From Desulfocapsa sp. (GTDB lineage: Bacteria; Desulfobacterota; Desulfobulbia; Desulfobulbales; Desulfocapsaceae): DNA of 64,000 nt. Numbering within the stretch: the first letter of the stretch is position 1; each line of letters starts with the position of its first letter. Where the stretch lies: positions 41 to 64,040 of the forward strand of contig JAOZLM010000001.1 in the NCBI GenBank assembly GCA_029934815.1, in the 5' to 3' direction. A program made the position numbers and the translations under genes. The notes beneath the pieces are model-generated. The model did no database searches, was not told the origin of the DNA, and worked only from the letters and a program-made list of their open reading frames with translations. This document shows positions 43,935 through 52,877 of this stretch, piece by piece.

Positions 43935-45644
43935 ATGAGATATTCAAAAACACTGATTCCAACATTGAAAGAAACTCCAGCAGAAGCAGAAGTAGCCAGC
44001 CATCGTCTTTTATTACGTGCCGGTTTTATAAGAAAACTCACAGCAGGAATTTATACCTATCTGCCAATGGGACTGGCTGCTGTACGAAAAGTTGAACAGA
44101 TTGTCCGGGAAGAAATGAATAAGGCCGGAGCGCAGGAATTGCTCATGCCAATGGTGCAGCCGGCAGACCTGTGGAGCGAAACTGGACGATATGAAAAATA
44201 TGGCCCTGAATTGTTACGTTTCCACGATCGACACAACAGAGAGTCTTGTCTCGGGCCAACCCATGAAGAAGTAATTACTGATCTTGCTCGACGAGAAATC
44301 AGATCATATCGGGATTTGCCGATCAATCTGTATCAAATCCAGACAAAATTCCGTGATGAGATTCGTCCTCGCTTTGGTTTAATGCGAGGCCGTGAATTTA
44401 TCATGAAAGATGCGTACTCGTTTGATGTAGATGATGATGCTGCAACGACCTCTTACGAGATTATGTATGAGACCTACAAAAAAATATTTACTCGCTGTGG
44501 TCTTGAATTTCGCCCAGTTGAAGCGGATTCCGGGTCAATCGGCGGCAGTTTTTCTCATGAGTTTATGGTGCTTGCCGATACCGGTGAAGATACTCTGGTA
44601 ATCTGTTCTGCATGTGACTACGCCGCAAACAGTGAAAAGGCTGCAGTTGCACCAGCAACAGTTGACGAAAGTGAAATGCTGCCCCTTGAAAAAGTGGAGA
44701 CGCCCGGTAAACGTAAGGTTCCTGCGGTTTGCAAGCATATGGGTATTCAGCCCAGTGAGCTTGTAAAAACCATGGTTTTTAAAACAGATAACGAAACCGT
44801 TGCGGTACTTGTTCGTGGAGACCGGGAAGTGCAGGAGGTGAAGCTGAAAAACCTGCTGGGAGTCGCCGATGTGGAGATGGCAGACGATAAAGAGGTTTAT
44901 GATGCAACAGGCGTCCCCACTGGATATCTTGGACCCGTTGGTATTCGGGTAAAACTTCTTGTTGACCAGGAAGTTGCTGCCATGAAGAACTTTGTGGTGG
45001 GTGGCAATGAAAAGAACTTCCACATGATCAATGTAAATATAGGACGTGATTTTGAAGCAGCAGAAGTTGCTGATTTACGTCAGATCAGCCCGGATGACCC
45101 ATGTCCTGCATGCGGTGGTAAGCTGAATCTCAAAGAAGGGATAGAAGTCGGGCACGTATTTAAGCTCGGCACCGGATACTCTGAGTCTATGAATGCTGTG
45201 TATCAGACAAAGGATGGAAAGGATCAGCATATGGTCATGGGGTGTTACGGTATCGGCATCAGTCGGATTGTTGCTGCGGCCATTGAGCAGAATCATGATG
45301 AAAACGGAATGATTTTTCCAATGCCTCTGGCACCCATGCAGGTTGTTTTACTCAATCTGGGATTGAAAGATAAGCAGATAACGGATGCCGCAGAATCTCT
45401 ATACAAAGAACTGCAGGCAAAAGGTGTTGAGGTACTCCTTGATGACCGTGATGAACGGCCGGGATTTAAATTTAAAGATGCAGATCTTTTGGGAATCCCC
45501 TTACGACTTACTGTCGGTAAGAGTTTGACCAAAGATGGAGTTGTTGAACTGCGTCACAGAAAAGACGGGATTACTGAAGAACTGGCACCAGAAAAAATAA
45601 CAGAAAGAGTACTTGAGATCATTCAATCTCAAATAAATGGCTGA
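43935..45644 (+). CDS. proS: Proline--tRNA ligase with editing insertion domain
   Basis: [31 protein letters not shown]. Confidence 0.99.
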   Translation: MRYSKTLIPTLKETPAEAEVASHRLLLRAGFIRKLTAGIYTYLPMGLAAVRKVEQIVREEMNKAGAQELLMPMVQPADLWSETGRYEKYGPELLRFHDRHNRESCLGPTHEEVITDLARREIRSYRDLPINLYQIQTKFRDEIRPRFGLMRGREFIMKDAYSFDVDDDAATTSYEIMYETYKKIFTRCGLEFRPVEADSGSIGGSFSHEFMVLADTGEDTLVICSACDYAANSEKAAVAPATVDESEMLPLEKVETPGKRKVPAVCKHMGIQPSELVKTMVFKTDNETVAVLVRGDREVQEVKLKNLLGVADVEMADDKEVYDATGVPTGYLGPVGIRVKLLVDQEVAAMKNFVVGGNEKNFHMINVNIGRDFEAAEVADLRQISPDDPCPACGGKLNLKEGIEVGHVFKLGTGYSESMNAVYQTKDGKDQHMVMGCYGIGISRIVAAAIEQNHDENGMIFPMPLAPMQVVLLNLGLKDKQITDAAESLYKELQAKGVEVLLDDRDERPGFKFKDADLLGIPLRLTVGKSLTKDGVVELRHRKDGITEELAPEKITERVLEIIQSQING

Positions 45645-47809
45645 TGAATACCGAGCTTAACGTCATGGCGAACCCGGAAGGACTTAAAGTCCTGATCCGG
45701 AGTTATATGAATGGTGCAGACCTCACGGCAATTGATCGTGCCTGGGAGCTGGCCGTCTCTGTTCACGCTGACAAAACACATTTCTCAGGAACGCCGTACC
45801 TGGATCATACGCTGCATGTAGCCTCCACCCTTGCCTCCATGCACCTTGATCTTGATACCATTGTTGCAGGATTGCTCCATGGTGTTCTTAAGGCAGGTGT
45901 TGAGTTAGCAGATTTACGTAAAGATTTTGGCGACAGTGTCGCCGGTATTGTAAATGGCTGTACCCGTATTGCCAACGTACATTATAACTCCAAACTGACC
46001 CACCAGGCGGAAAATGTTCGAAAGATGCTGCTGGCCATAGCCAGTGATGTCAGGGTATTGCTTGTAAAACTTGCTGACAGGTTGCAGGATATGTGTCTGC
46101 TTGACACAGTGGAGCTTACCCGCAGAAGGGAAATTTCCCGCGAGACCAAAGATCTTTATGCACCTCTGGCATCACGTTTGGGCATCGACTGGATGAAACG
46201 TGAGCTTGAAGATCTCTCCTTTCAGTATCTTCATGCCGGGGAATATTCAGAGCTTGTTTCAAAGCTTGAAAGCTCGCTTGCAGAAAGACAACTGTATGTT
46301 GATGAAGTGATTTCCATCCTTCATGAAAAACTAGGGAACAATAATATTAACCCCACACGTATTATTGGCCGCCCGAAACATCTCTACTCCATTTACAAAA
46401 AGCTGATTACGCAGCAGATTCCTCTGGAGCGCGTTTATGATAAAGTAGCTTTTCGTATTATCGTCAATACGGTGAATGAGTGTTACGAGGCATTGGGGGT
46501 TATCCATTCCAACTGGGCACCTGTTCCCGGTCGTATTAAAGATTTTATCTCCGTTCCAAAAGCCAACAACTACCAGTCCATGCACACAACAGTTGCGGGG
46601 CCCCATGGTCATTTTATCGAAATCCAGATCCGTACAGAAAAAATGGATCGCATCGCTCAGGAAGGTGTTGCTGCTCATTGGGCTTACAAAGAAGGGCAGA
46701 GTGCTTCGGATGAAGACAGCAGGCTTTTTAAGAGACTGAAAAGTCTGGTGAAACATCTACAGGATGTTGAAGATCCACGGGAATTCCTCGATTCTGTTCA
46801 TGGCGAACTTTACGCCAATGAGGTGTATGCATTAACTCCGGCCGGTGAAGTAAAAGAATTGCCTGAGGATGCAAGCCCCATCGATTTCGCCTACGCAATT
46901 CACACAGAAGTGGGTGATCATTGTGTGGGAGCCAAGGTGAATAACAGGCTTGTACCGCTGAAATATAAAATTCAGAATGGCGATATTCTGGAAATTATAA
47001 CATCCCGAAAACAGCGTCCGCGAAGGGGCTGGCTTGAGCTTGTCAAAACAGGTCGTGCCAGATCTCACATTCGTTCCTGGTTGCGTAAAGAAGAGCGTGA
47101 AAAGGCACTGAATCTTGGTCGTGAGATCTGTGAAAGAGAGCTGAAGCGCTACGATACCACCCTGAAAAAGATGGTGAAAAGTGGTCATGTGAAACGTTTG
47201 CTGACTGCTTTGCATTGCAATTCTTTAGAGGATATGCTGGCCAAGGTGGGTAGTGGTATGATTACCATTCCTCACCTGGTGAAGACTTTAGAGCCCCCGG
47301 AAATACAAAAAGAAAAAGAGCAGAAACGAGCCGCCATAGCATCATTGCCAACAGAGCAGCGAAAGCAATCTTCCGGCCCGGGTATTATCATCCAAGGTAT
47401 GGATGATATGCTGGTTAAAATAAGCCGGTGCTGTAATCCTGTTCCAGGTGATGCCATTATGGGGTTTGTAACCAGTGGACGGGGTATTTCTGTACATAAA
47501 AAAGAATGTATAAACCTGCGAGCTACTGATCCACAGCGCTGGATTGATGTTGAATGGTCAGGAAGTGGTGAGAGTAAGCACCGAGTCGAGATTCAGGTGA
47601 GTGCTGAAAATGGTAAAGGTGTTTTTGTCGCAATCAGTGGTTCTATTAGCAGTGATGAGGCAAGTATCCTTGAGATTTCAGCTCATGTAACACCTACAGA
47701 TACAGCTGATTTTCATATTGCCCTTGAAGTGAGCAGTCTGGAACATCTGGAGCTGATATTGCAGCATTTACGCCAGATGGAGCAGGTAATTATGGCGAGA
47801 AGAGCCTGA
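45644..47809 (+). CDS. Long RelA/SpoT homologue with degenerate HD hydrolase motif
   Basis: Synthetase motifs RPKHLYSI, RIKD, YQSMHT, EIQIRT; TGS (DFAYAIHT), CCNPVPGD and ACT domains; HDxxED replaced by HGVLKA. Confidence 0.93.
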   Translation: MNTELNVMANPEGLKVLIRSYMNGADLTAIDRAWELAVSVHADKTHFSGTPYLDHTLHVASTLASMHLDLDTIVAGLLHGVLKAGVELADLRKDFGDSVAGIVNGCTRIANVHYNSKLTHQAENVRKMLLAIASDVRVLLVKLADRLQDMCLLDTVELTRRREISRETKDLYAPLASRLGIDWMKRELEDLSFQYLHAGEYSELVSKLESSLAERQLYVDEVISILHEKLGNNNINPTRIIGRPKHLYSIYKKLITQQIPLERVYDKVAFRIIVNTVNECYEALGVIHSNWAPVPGRIKDFISVPKANNYQSMHTTVAGPHGHFIEIQIRTEKMDRIAQEGVAAHWAYKEGQSASDEDSRLFKRLKSLVKHLQDVEDPREFLDSVHGELYANEVYALTPAGEVKELPEDASPIDFAYAIHTEVGDHCVGAKVNNRLVPLKYKIQNGDILEIITSRKQRPRRGWLELVKTGRARSHIRSWLRKEEREKALNLGREICERELKRYDTTLKKMVKSGHVKRLLTALHCNSLEDMLAKVGSGMITIPHLVKTLEPPEIQKEKEQKRAAIASLPTEQRKQSSGPGIIIQGMDDMLVKISRCCNPVPGDAIMGFVTSGRGISVHKKECINLRATDPQRWIDVEWSGSGESKHRVEIQVSAENGKGVFVAISGSISSDEASILEISAHVTPTDTADFHIALEVSSLEHLELILQHLRQMEQVIMARRA

Positions 47810-47830
47810 TAAATTTAGAGGGAGGAGAGC

Positions 47831-48100
47831 GTGAAAGAGAACATTACCGCAATGTATGCCAGGAAGAATTTTGGCCGTTTGCTGGATAAAACAGCACTTC
47901 TTGGTACCACCCATATTATTGAACGGGCCGGCCGTCCCATGGCCGCTTTGGTGGCAATTGATGATGTACAGGTTACAGAGTCCGCTGCAGAAGATATGCA
48001 GGTTGCCCTTGAAAAACTCGTCAATAAAATCAAGGGTGAGAAGTCCAAAAAATTAAAAAAAGCCATTGCTGAGGCAAGAGCAGTGGCTGCTCAACTCTAA
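47831..48100 (+). CDS. Phd/YefM-family antitoxin-like protein (GTG start)
   Basis: ITAMYARKNFGRLLD...IIERAGRPMAALV fits the Phd N-terminal pattern; GGAGGAG RBS. Confidence 0.8.
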   Translation: MKENITAMYARKNFGRLLDKTALLGTTHIIERAGRPMAALVAIDDVQVTESAAEDMQVALEKLVNKIKGEKSKKLKKAIAEARAVAAQL

Positions 48101-48114
48101 GACTGGTCAGCCCT

Positions 48115-48570
48115 GTGTCTCTTTGTCAGATTTGTGGGAATACCATTGATGCAGCCGCATCACGATGTCCATTTTGTAGTAGTGAGCAGGAGGGCGACCC
48201 TCAGTCATCTTCCTCAAAAGCAAAATTTGCTCAGAAAACGGTCAATCTTGAGCAGGGCCTCCCAACCGTTGAGCAAGCCCTTGCCCGTCTGAAACGTGAA
48301 CTGGCCACTGCAAGGCATGAGAAAATACGCATAGTAACCTTTATTCATGGCTATGGTTCCACCGGAAAAGGTGGTGCTATTCGCCTGGAATGTCGCAAGA
48401 CTCTGGCTTATTTGACGAGTCTTGGTGAACTGCACACTGTTATCCATGGGGAAAATTTTAATCGCCGTCATGGTTCCACAAAACACCTCCTCGGCCGTTT
48501 TCCCGACCTTAATCATCATCCTCATCTCAATAATAATAACAAAGGCATTACGCTGGTACAGTTATACTGA
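48115..48570 (+). CDS. Zn-ribbon plus Smr-domain protein
   Basis: CQIC...CPFC, then TVEQAL...FIHGYGS...NKGITLVQL of the Smr family. Confidence 0.8.
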   Translation: MSLCQICGNTIDAAASRCPFCSSEQEGDPQSSSSKAKFAQKTVNLEQGLPTVEQALARLKRELATARHEKIRIVTFIHGYGSTGKGGAIRLECRKTLAYLTSLGELHTVIHGENFNRRHGSTKHLLGRFPDLNHHPHLNNNNKGITLVQLY

Positions 48571-48675
48571 TCACTTTCATTACATGATTGTAACTTGCTT
48601 AAGAAAAAAAGAGTGTTTATTTGTGTAGGACATCAGTAAAGACAAATTCTCCATTTATGGTGGATTGACAAAAGT

Positions 48676-48827
48676 GATAAACTCGTAAAACCTAAATTTT
48701 GGATGGCTAAGTAAAAAACTTCAGATTCGAGGAGCTCAAATTTGATGGAGTGAGGCGTACTTAAGTACGTCGTAACGACAGCAAATTTGAAGTGACGAAG
48801 AAGGTGAAGAGTTTTTACGACGCCATC
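48676..48827 (+). mobile_element. MITE-like hairpin repeat family A, copy 2
   Basis: Ends GATAAACTCGTAAAA and TTTTACGACGCCATC; exact AAAAGT direct repeat on both sides. Confidence 0.8.
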
Positions 48828-48863
48828 AAAAGTAAACTATATAAAAAACAGGAGTATATACCA

Positions 48864-49586
48864 ATGAAACGTATTGCAGGAATTGCGTTATTTGCATGTT
48901 TAGTTGTCCCCGGAACAATTCAGGCAGCAGATACTGCCGAACTCAAAACATTTAAGGATAAGCTGAGCTACAGCATGGGTCTTGATATGGGGACTTATCT
49001 CAATGGTATCGGGGACGAACTTGATTATGCTCGCTTGATTGAAGGATTGAAAACCGGATATGATGGCGGGAAATCTGTTCTCACCACTGAGGAGATGCAG
49101 GCAGTACAACAGGAATTTGCTGCAAAAATGAAAACCAGACAAGAAGCAGAAATGCTGGCCATGCAGGAAAATAATAAAAAAGCTGGAGATGTATTCCTGG
49201 CAGAAAATAAAAAGAAAGAAGGCGTAACAATAACTGAAAGTGGTCTGCAGTATGAGATTGTCACAGCAGGAACTGGTAATTCTCCAAAAACCACCGACAC
49301 CGTGACCGTGCATTATAAGGGTACAACCATTGACGGAACAGTTTTTGATGATTCCAGCAAGCGTGGTGAACCAGCCGTTTTTGGCGTGACTCAGGTTATT
49401 CCCGGCTGGAGCGAAGTACTTCAGTTGATGAAAGAAGGTGCTAAATATAAGGTTGTTATTCCGTCAAGTCTTGCCTACGGCGAGCGTGGAGTACCACCAA
49501 TGATTGAGCCAAACTCTGTTCTCGTTTTTGATGTGGAGCTAGTCTCCATTGCGAAAGAAGCAACTACTGAAGCTGTAAAAAAATAA
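48864..49586 (+). CDS. Exported FKBP-type peptidyl-prolyl isomerase (FkpA/Mip-like)
   Basis: Signal peptide MKRIAGIALF...QA; SYSMG, SGLQY, VHYKG, VIPGW, LAYG; AGGAG RBS before ATG 48864. Confidence 0.95.
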   Translation: MKRIAGIALFACLVVPGTIQAADTAELKTFKDKLSYSMGLDMGTYLNGIGDELDYARLIEGLKTGYDGGKSVLTTEEMQAVQQEFAAKMKTRQEAEMLAMQENNKKAGDVFLAENKKKEGVTITESGLQYEIVTAGTGNSPKTTDTVTVHYKGTTIDGTVFDDSSKRGEPAVFGVTQVIPGWSEVLQLMKEGAKYKVVIPSSLAYGERGVPPMIEPNSVLVFDVELVSIAKEATTEAVKK

Positions 49587-49605
49587 TCTGGCGAGGAACC
49601 CGGAT

Positions 49606-49758
49606 ATGGCAAAAACTAAAAAGAAATGCTGTAAGAAGGTTGAGAAGAAGGGCAAATGCTGTAGTCGTTGCCCCTTGTTTGTGGAGATTGAGGCACAGAT
49701 AAAAGAAAACGCTAAGAAAAAGAGCAAGAAAAAGAAGAAGAAAAAAGGGAAAAAATAA
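49606..49758 (+). CDS. 50-aa Lys-rich, Cys-containing small protein (not in ORF track)
   Basis: MAKTKKKCCKKVEKKGKCCSRCPLFVEIEAQIKENAKKKSKKKKKKKGKK; GAGGA RBS; terminator right after the stop. Confidence 0.75.
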   Translation: MAKTKKKCCKKVEKKGKCCSRCPLFVEIEAQIKENAKKKSKKKKKKKGKK

Positions 49759-49767
49759 CTCTCTTTT

Positions 49768-49804
49768 AAAAGGCTCCGAGGCATCTGCTTCGGAGCCTTT
49801 TTTT
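49768..49804 (+). terminator. Intrinsic terminator, possibly bidirectional
   Basis: AAAAGGCTCCGA...TCGGAGCCTTTTTTT between convergent genes. Confidence 0.88.
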
Positions 49805-49810
49805 GTTTAA

Positions 49811-49858
49811 ACAGAACTGCCTTCGCACTAGCTATTAGGTCGCGGAAAGCAGTTCTGT
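49811..49858. terminator. Second hairpin just downstream of the minus-strand lipoprotein gene
   Basis: ACAGAACTGC...GCAGTTCTGT inverted repeat; weak U tail. Confidence 0.45.
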
Positions 49859-49869
49859 GAACAGATTTA

Positions 49870-50112
49870 CTACTTGTGCTTTGGTGTCTGGTTCTGTTTC
49901 ATCAGGTATTCAATTTTGTTTTCTGCAGTATCAGCTGTTGCTTTAGCATTTTGTGCTGTCTCACTGGCAGCATTGGCTGTTTGTAACGCCTGATTAGCTG
50001 TTTGGTTTGCCTGCTGAACCTGAAGTTTTAGTGCATCTACGTCGCCATTGCTGGCACAACCGGCAAGGCTGACGAAAAAGAGTAACGTAAGTAATCGAAT
50101 TGTGTGTTTCAT
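49870..50112 (-). CDS. Lpp/OprI-like alanine-zipper lipoprotein
   Basis: Lipobox LAGC, Ala/Gln-rich heptads, C-terminal Lys; AAGGAG RBS before ATG 50112. Confidence 0.85.
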   Translation of the reverse strand: MKHTIRLLTLLFFVSLAGCASNGDVDALKLQVQQANQTANQALQTANAASETAQNAKATADTAENKIEYLMKQNQTPKHK

Positions 50113-50287
50113 GGAAATCTCCTTGGTTAAATAATAATACAAAATGTAATGGATAGTACCTCTCAACAATTTTAAAATAAGCTACCACATTATCAGGGAC
50201 GAGAATAGGAAATTATACCGCTGAACTGACACAAGGGGTTAGGTATCGACATTTTGGACAGGTTTTATTGCAGCGCCCAGAACTGTA

Positions 50288-50509
50288 TCAGCCAGTCAGA
50301 TATGTTTTACATCTTGCCAGTTTTGTGTAGCCAAGCATTTGAAACGGGTAGTGGGTGTCATACTCAATCAGAAGCTGTGTAAGACGAACGGGAGTGGTAA
50401 TGGGAGGCGCCAGTGCTTCCACCAGATTTGGTTTGATCAGTACTGTTTTTTTTGCCGATACATCCTGGAAGATCTGCAGCATGGAGCAGTGGTGGCAGTG
50501 AATTTTCAA
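50288..50509 (-). pseudogene. Remnant of a DUF362-like gene
   Basis: KKTVLIKPNLV...PPITTP resembles the DUF362 N-terminus, but the ORF is only 73 aa. Confidence 0.5.
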
Positions 50510-50684
50510 GAGTTGTTATGGTGGTTGCGTATACCTTTTTTTTGTTCATGTGCTCATGTTTTGTGTGAAAAATTGAATGCGTTTGATATTTACTCTCTTT
50601 ACAGATTTTTTGTACTATAATATAAAGGTACATCACACCTGACACGCTATCCGTAACTTAGATATAAATAGAGTTGGAGTTCCA

Positions 50685-51482
50685 ATGAAGATCAGTCTCA
50701 CCGTTGATATTGAAAAATGTGTAAAATGCTACTCCTGTATTGCAGAATGCCCCTTTGATTTGATTAATGAAGATAAAGAAGGGTTCCCGCAGCTGCGAAA
50801 GGCAGCATTACGGAGATGTATTCGTTGCGGACACTGTATGGCAGTGTGTGGCAGCGGTGCGCTGGATATCTCAATTTCTCCATTGGCAGAAAGTATTCCG
50901 GTGGATAAAAAACTACTTCCCACCTCTCAGTCTGTTGAGCATTTTTTAAAAGGCAGAAGATCTATCAGAACGTATAAAAACCGAGTTGCCGACCATGAAA
51001 CTCTGGCAGCTATCCTTGATGTCAGTCGTTATGCTCCAAGTGCACATAATTGTCAGTCAGCACACTGGATTATGGTGGAAGATCCGGCAGAAGTGAAAAG
51101 GCTGGCGGGAATGGTTGTTGATTATATGCGGGAGATAAAGGTGTTCCCCGGGTTGATTCGCGCATGGGACCTAGGGGAAGATAAGGTTTTACGTGGTGCA
51201 CCGCATCTTGCTATTTGTCATGCAGATCCGAAAAAAAGTGAACATCCTGTGGAAGATTGCACCTTATCTACTGCTTATCTTGATCTTAGTGCCAGCAGTT
51301 TTGGGCTTGGTAGTTGCTGGGCCGGTTTTCTGGTGCAGGCTTTTTATAAACACAAGCCTCTTGTCGATGCCCTTGCTCTGCCGGAAAATCACATAGTGTA
51401 TACGGCTTTGATGTTGGGGTATCCGAAATTCAAATATAGAAATATTCCGCAGCGCGATGAGTTGAAAGTTACCTGGCGCTAG
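50685..51482 (+). CDS. Nitroreductase with N-terminal 2[4Fe-4S] ferredoxin domain
   Basis: CVKCYSCIAECP and CIRCGHCMAVC; RRSIRTY, APSAHN, GLGSCWAG. Confidence 0.93.
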   Translation: MKISLTVDIEKCVKCYSCIAECPFDLINEDKEGFPQLRKAALRRCIRCGHCMAVCGSGALDISISPLAESIPVDKKLLPTSQSVEHFLKGRRSIRTYKNRVADHETLAAILDVSRYAPSAHNCQSAHWIMVEDPAEVKRLAGMVVDYMREIKVFPGLIRAWDLGEDKVLRGAPHLAICHADPKKSEHPVEDCTLSTAYLDLSASSFGLGSCWAGFLVQAFYKHKPLVDALALPENHIVYTALMLGYPKFKYRNIPQRDELKVTWR

Positions 51483-52125
51483 GCGCGCTGGAAGCCTGTA
51501 ACCCTTCCAGAAGTACAAAACGCCCCAGGGGCACAACAGAGCAGGGGAAAGATCCCACAAAAAGCGGATTGTCGCAAAGTCCGCCGGAAAGATAGATTTT
51601 TTCGGGATGCTTCGCAAAGTTATAGGCGTTAAGTGCGATCCCTTTCACAAATTTAGCCACTGCTTCTGCTTCACTCTCCCCGCTGACCACTGCATCAAAA
51701 ATATGGCTCATGCCAAGGACTCCGCAGGTAATTGAAAAAGAGCTTTTGGGGATTGGAAGGTTTGCAAAATCGATGCTGTAGTACTTTTCAAGTAGCTCTA
51801 TTGTAAAGCCCATGGATGCTCCGCATTCTGCGTTCCATCCCATATCTTTAATTTTCCCGTCTTCATAAATCACATACTTGATATCACGGCTGCCGCAGTC
51901 AAGGAGTGTGAATGACGGCTCATCAATGAGGCTGAGCCCACCTTTGGCAAGAGCAGTCAGCTCGTTAATGTATGTTGTGGCGTAGCGTTTCCCGTTATGT
52001 CCTGTGGCGATATCGACCTTGATACTTTTACGGTCAAGGTCTCTTGTGGGAGTAAGAGTGGGTGGCTCCCCTGAATCTGTCTCCAGAAGTTTGCAGTAAG
52101 ACGTTCCAAAATCTGCCAGCAGCAT
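51469..52125 (-). CDS. BadF/BadG/BcrA/BcrD-type ATPase (compact dehydratase-activator-like)
   Basis: DFGTSYCK, ATGHN, NELTALAKG, DCGSRDIK, NAECGASMG, SITCGV, LSGGL. Confidence 0.85.
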   Translation of the reverse strand: MLLADFGTSYCKLLETDSGEPPTLTPTRDLDRKSIKVDIATGHNGKRYATTYINELTALAKGGLSLIDEPSFTLLDCGSRDIKYVIYEDGKIKDMGWNAECGASMGFTIELLEKYYSIDFANLPIPKSSFSITCGVLGMSHIFDAVVSGESEAEAVAKFVKGIALNAYNFAKHPEKIYLSGGLCDNPLFVGSFPCSVVPLGRFVLLEGLQASSAPSAR

Positions 52126-52877
52126 CAGACTTTCACTCCCGATAACTCAAGGAATGCCTGGATCTTTGCTTTTACGCTGTTGCCAGCCGTAACATCACAA
52201 TCAAGATAAAGGGCATAGGGGTGTTTGTTTGCAAGGTGTCTGGCAAGGGCTGTTTTTGCACAGAAAGACTGGGCAAAAAAGACGGTGGGAATATCAGGGT
52301 TGTAATGACATTCCATCTCTATATTATCTGGTGTTTTATTTTCCATACAACGTGCCCAGCCATAGATATGAGTGGTGTCAGGAAAAAAACTAAGTAGTGA
52401 AAAATCACGTGGGGGTACACCCCAGAACCCGGCAGTGGGTGAGCATGGCTGAATATCGTCATCTGGTGTTATAAGCTGAACGCCGGAAGTGATGGCCGAC
52501 ATTTTATCCACCAGATCCATTTTCGCCTTGCAGAGTGGTGTGCCAAATCCAGTAGAATCCTGATTTTTGGTTCTGATGATTGTTGTTTGCGGCAGAATAT
52601 CTTCCAGTACGGTGGCAGTGTGCACTGCACAATCACATTTTCCTGCACCGGTATCGATATAAATCACATCAGGTTTTATCGTAAGGCTGTTGGCAATGAC
52701 AGTACGCAAAATTCCACAATAGACTCGTGGCAGGAAAGGGGAAGCCGTTTCAAGATCAATTTTTCCCTGCGGTTCATCAAGATCAACAATAGTACTTCCG
52801 TCTGCTGCTAGCTCCGCCATAACTGCAAGAGGCGGCACACCAACAATTCCAAACAGTAGTTTTTTACTCTTTCCCAT
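52125..52877 (-). CDS. Cys-rich protein, distantly 2-hydroxyacyl-CoA dehydratase-like
   Basis: VYCG, GKCD, ARCME, QSFCAK; coupled to the activator gene. Family assignment is tentative. Confidence 0.55.
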   Translation of the reverse strand: MGKSKKLLFGIVGVPPLAVMAELAADGSTIVDLDEPQGKIDLETASPFLPRVYCGILRTVIANSLTIKPDVIYIDTGAGKCDCAVHTATVLEDILPQTTIIRTKNQDSTGFGTPLCKAKMDLVDKMSAITSGVQLITPDDDIQPCSPTAGFWGVPPRDFSLLSFFPDTTHIYGWARCMENKTPDNIEMECHYNPDIPTVFFAQSFCAKTALARHLANKHPYALYLDCDVTAGNSVKAKIQAFLELSGVKV

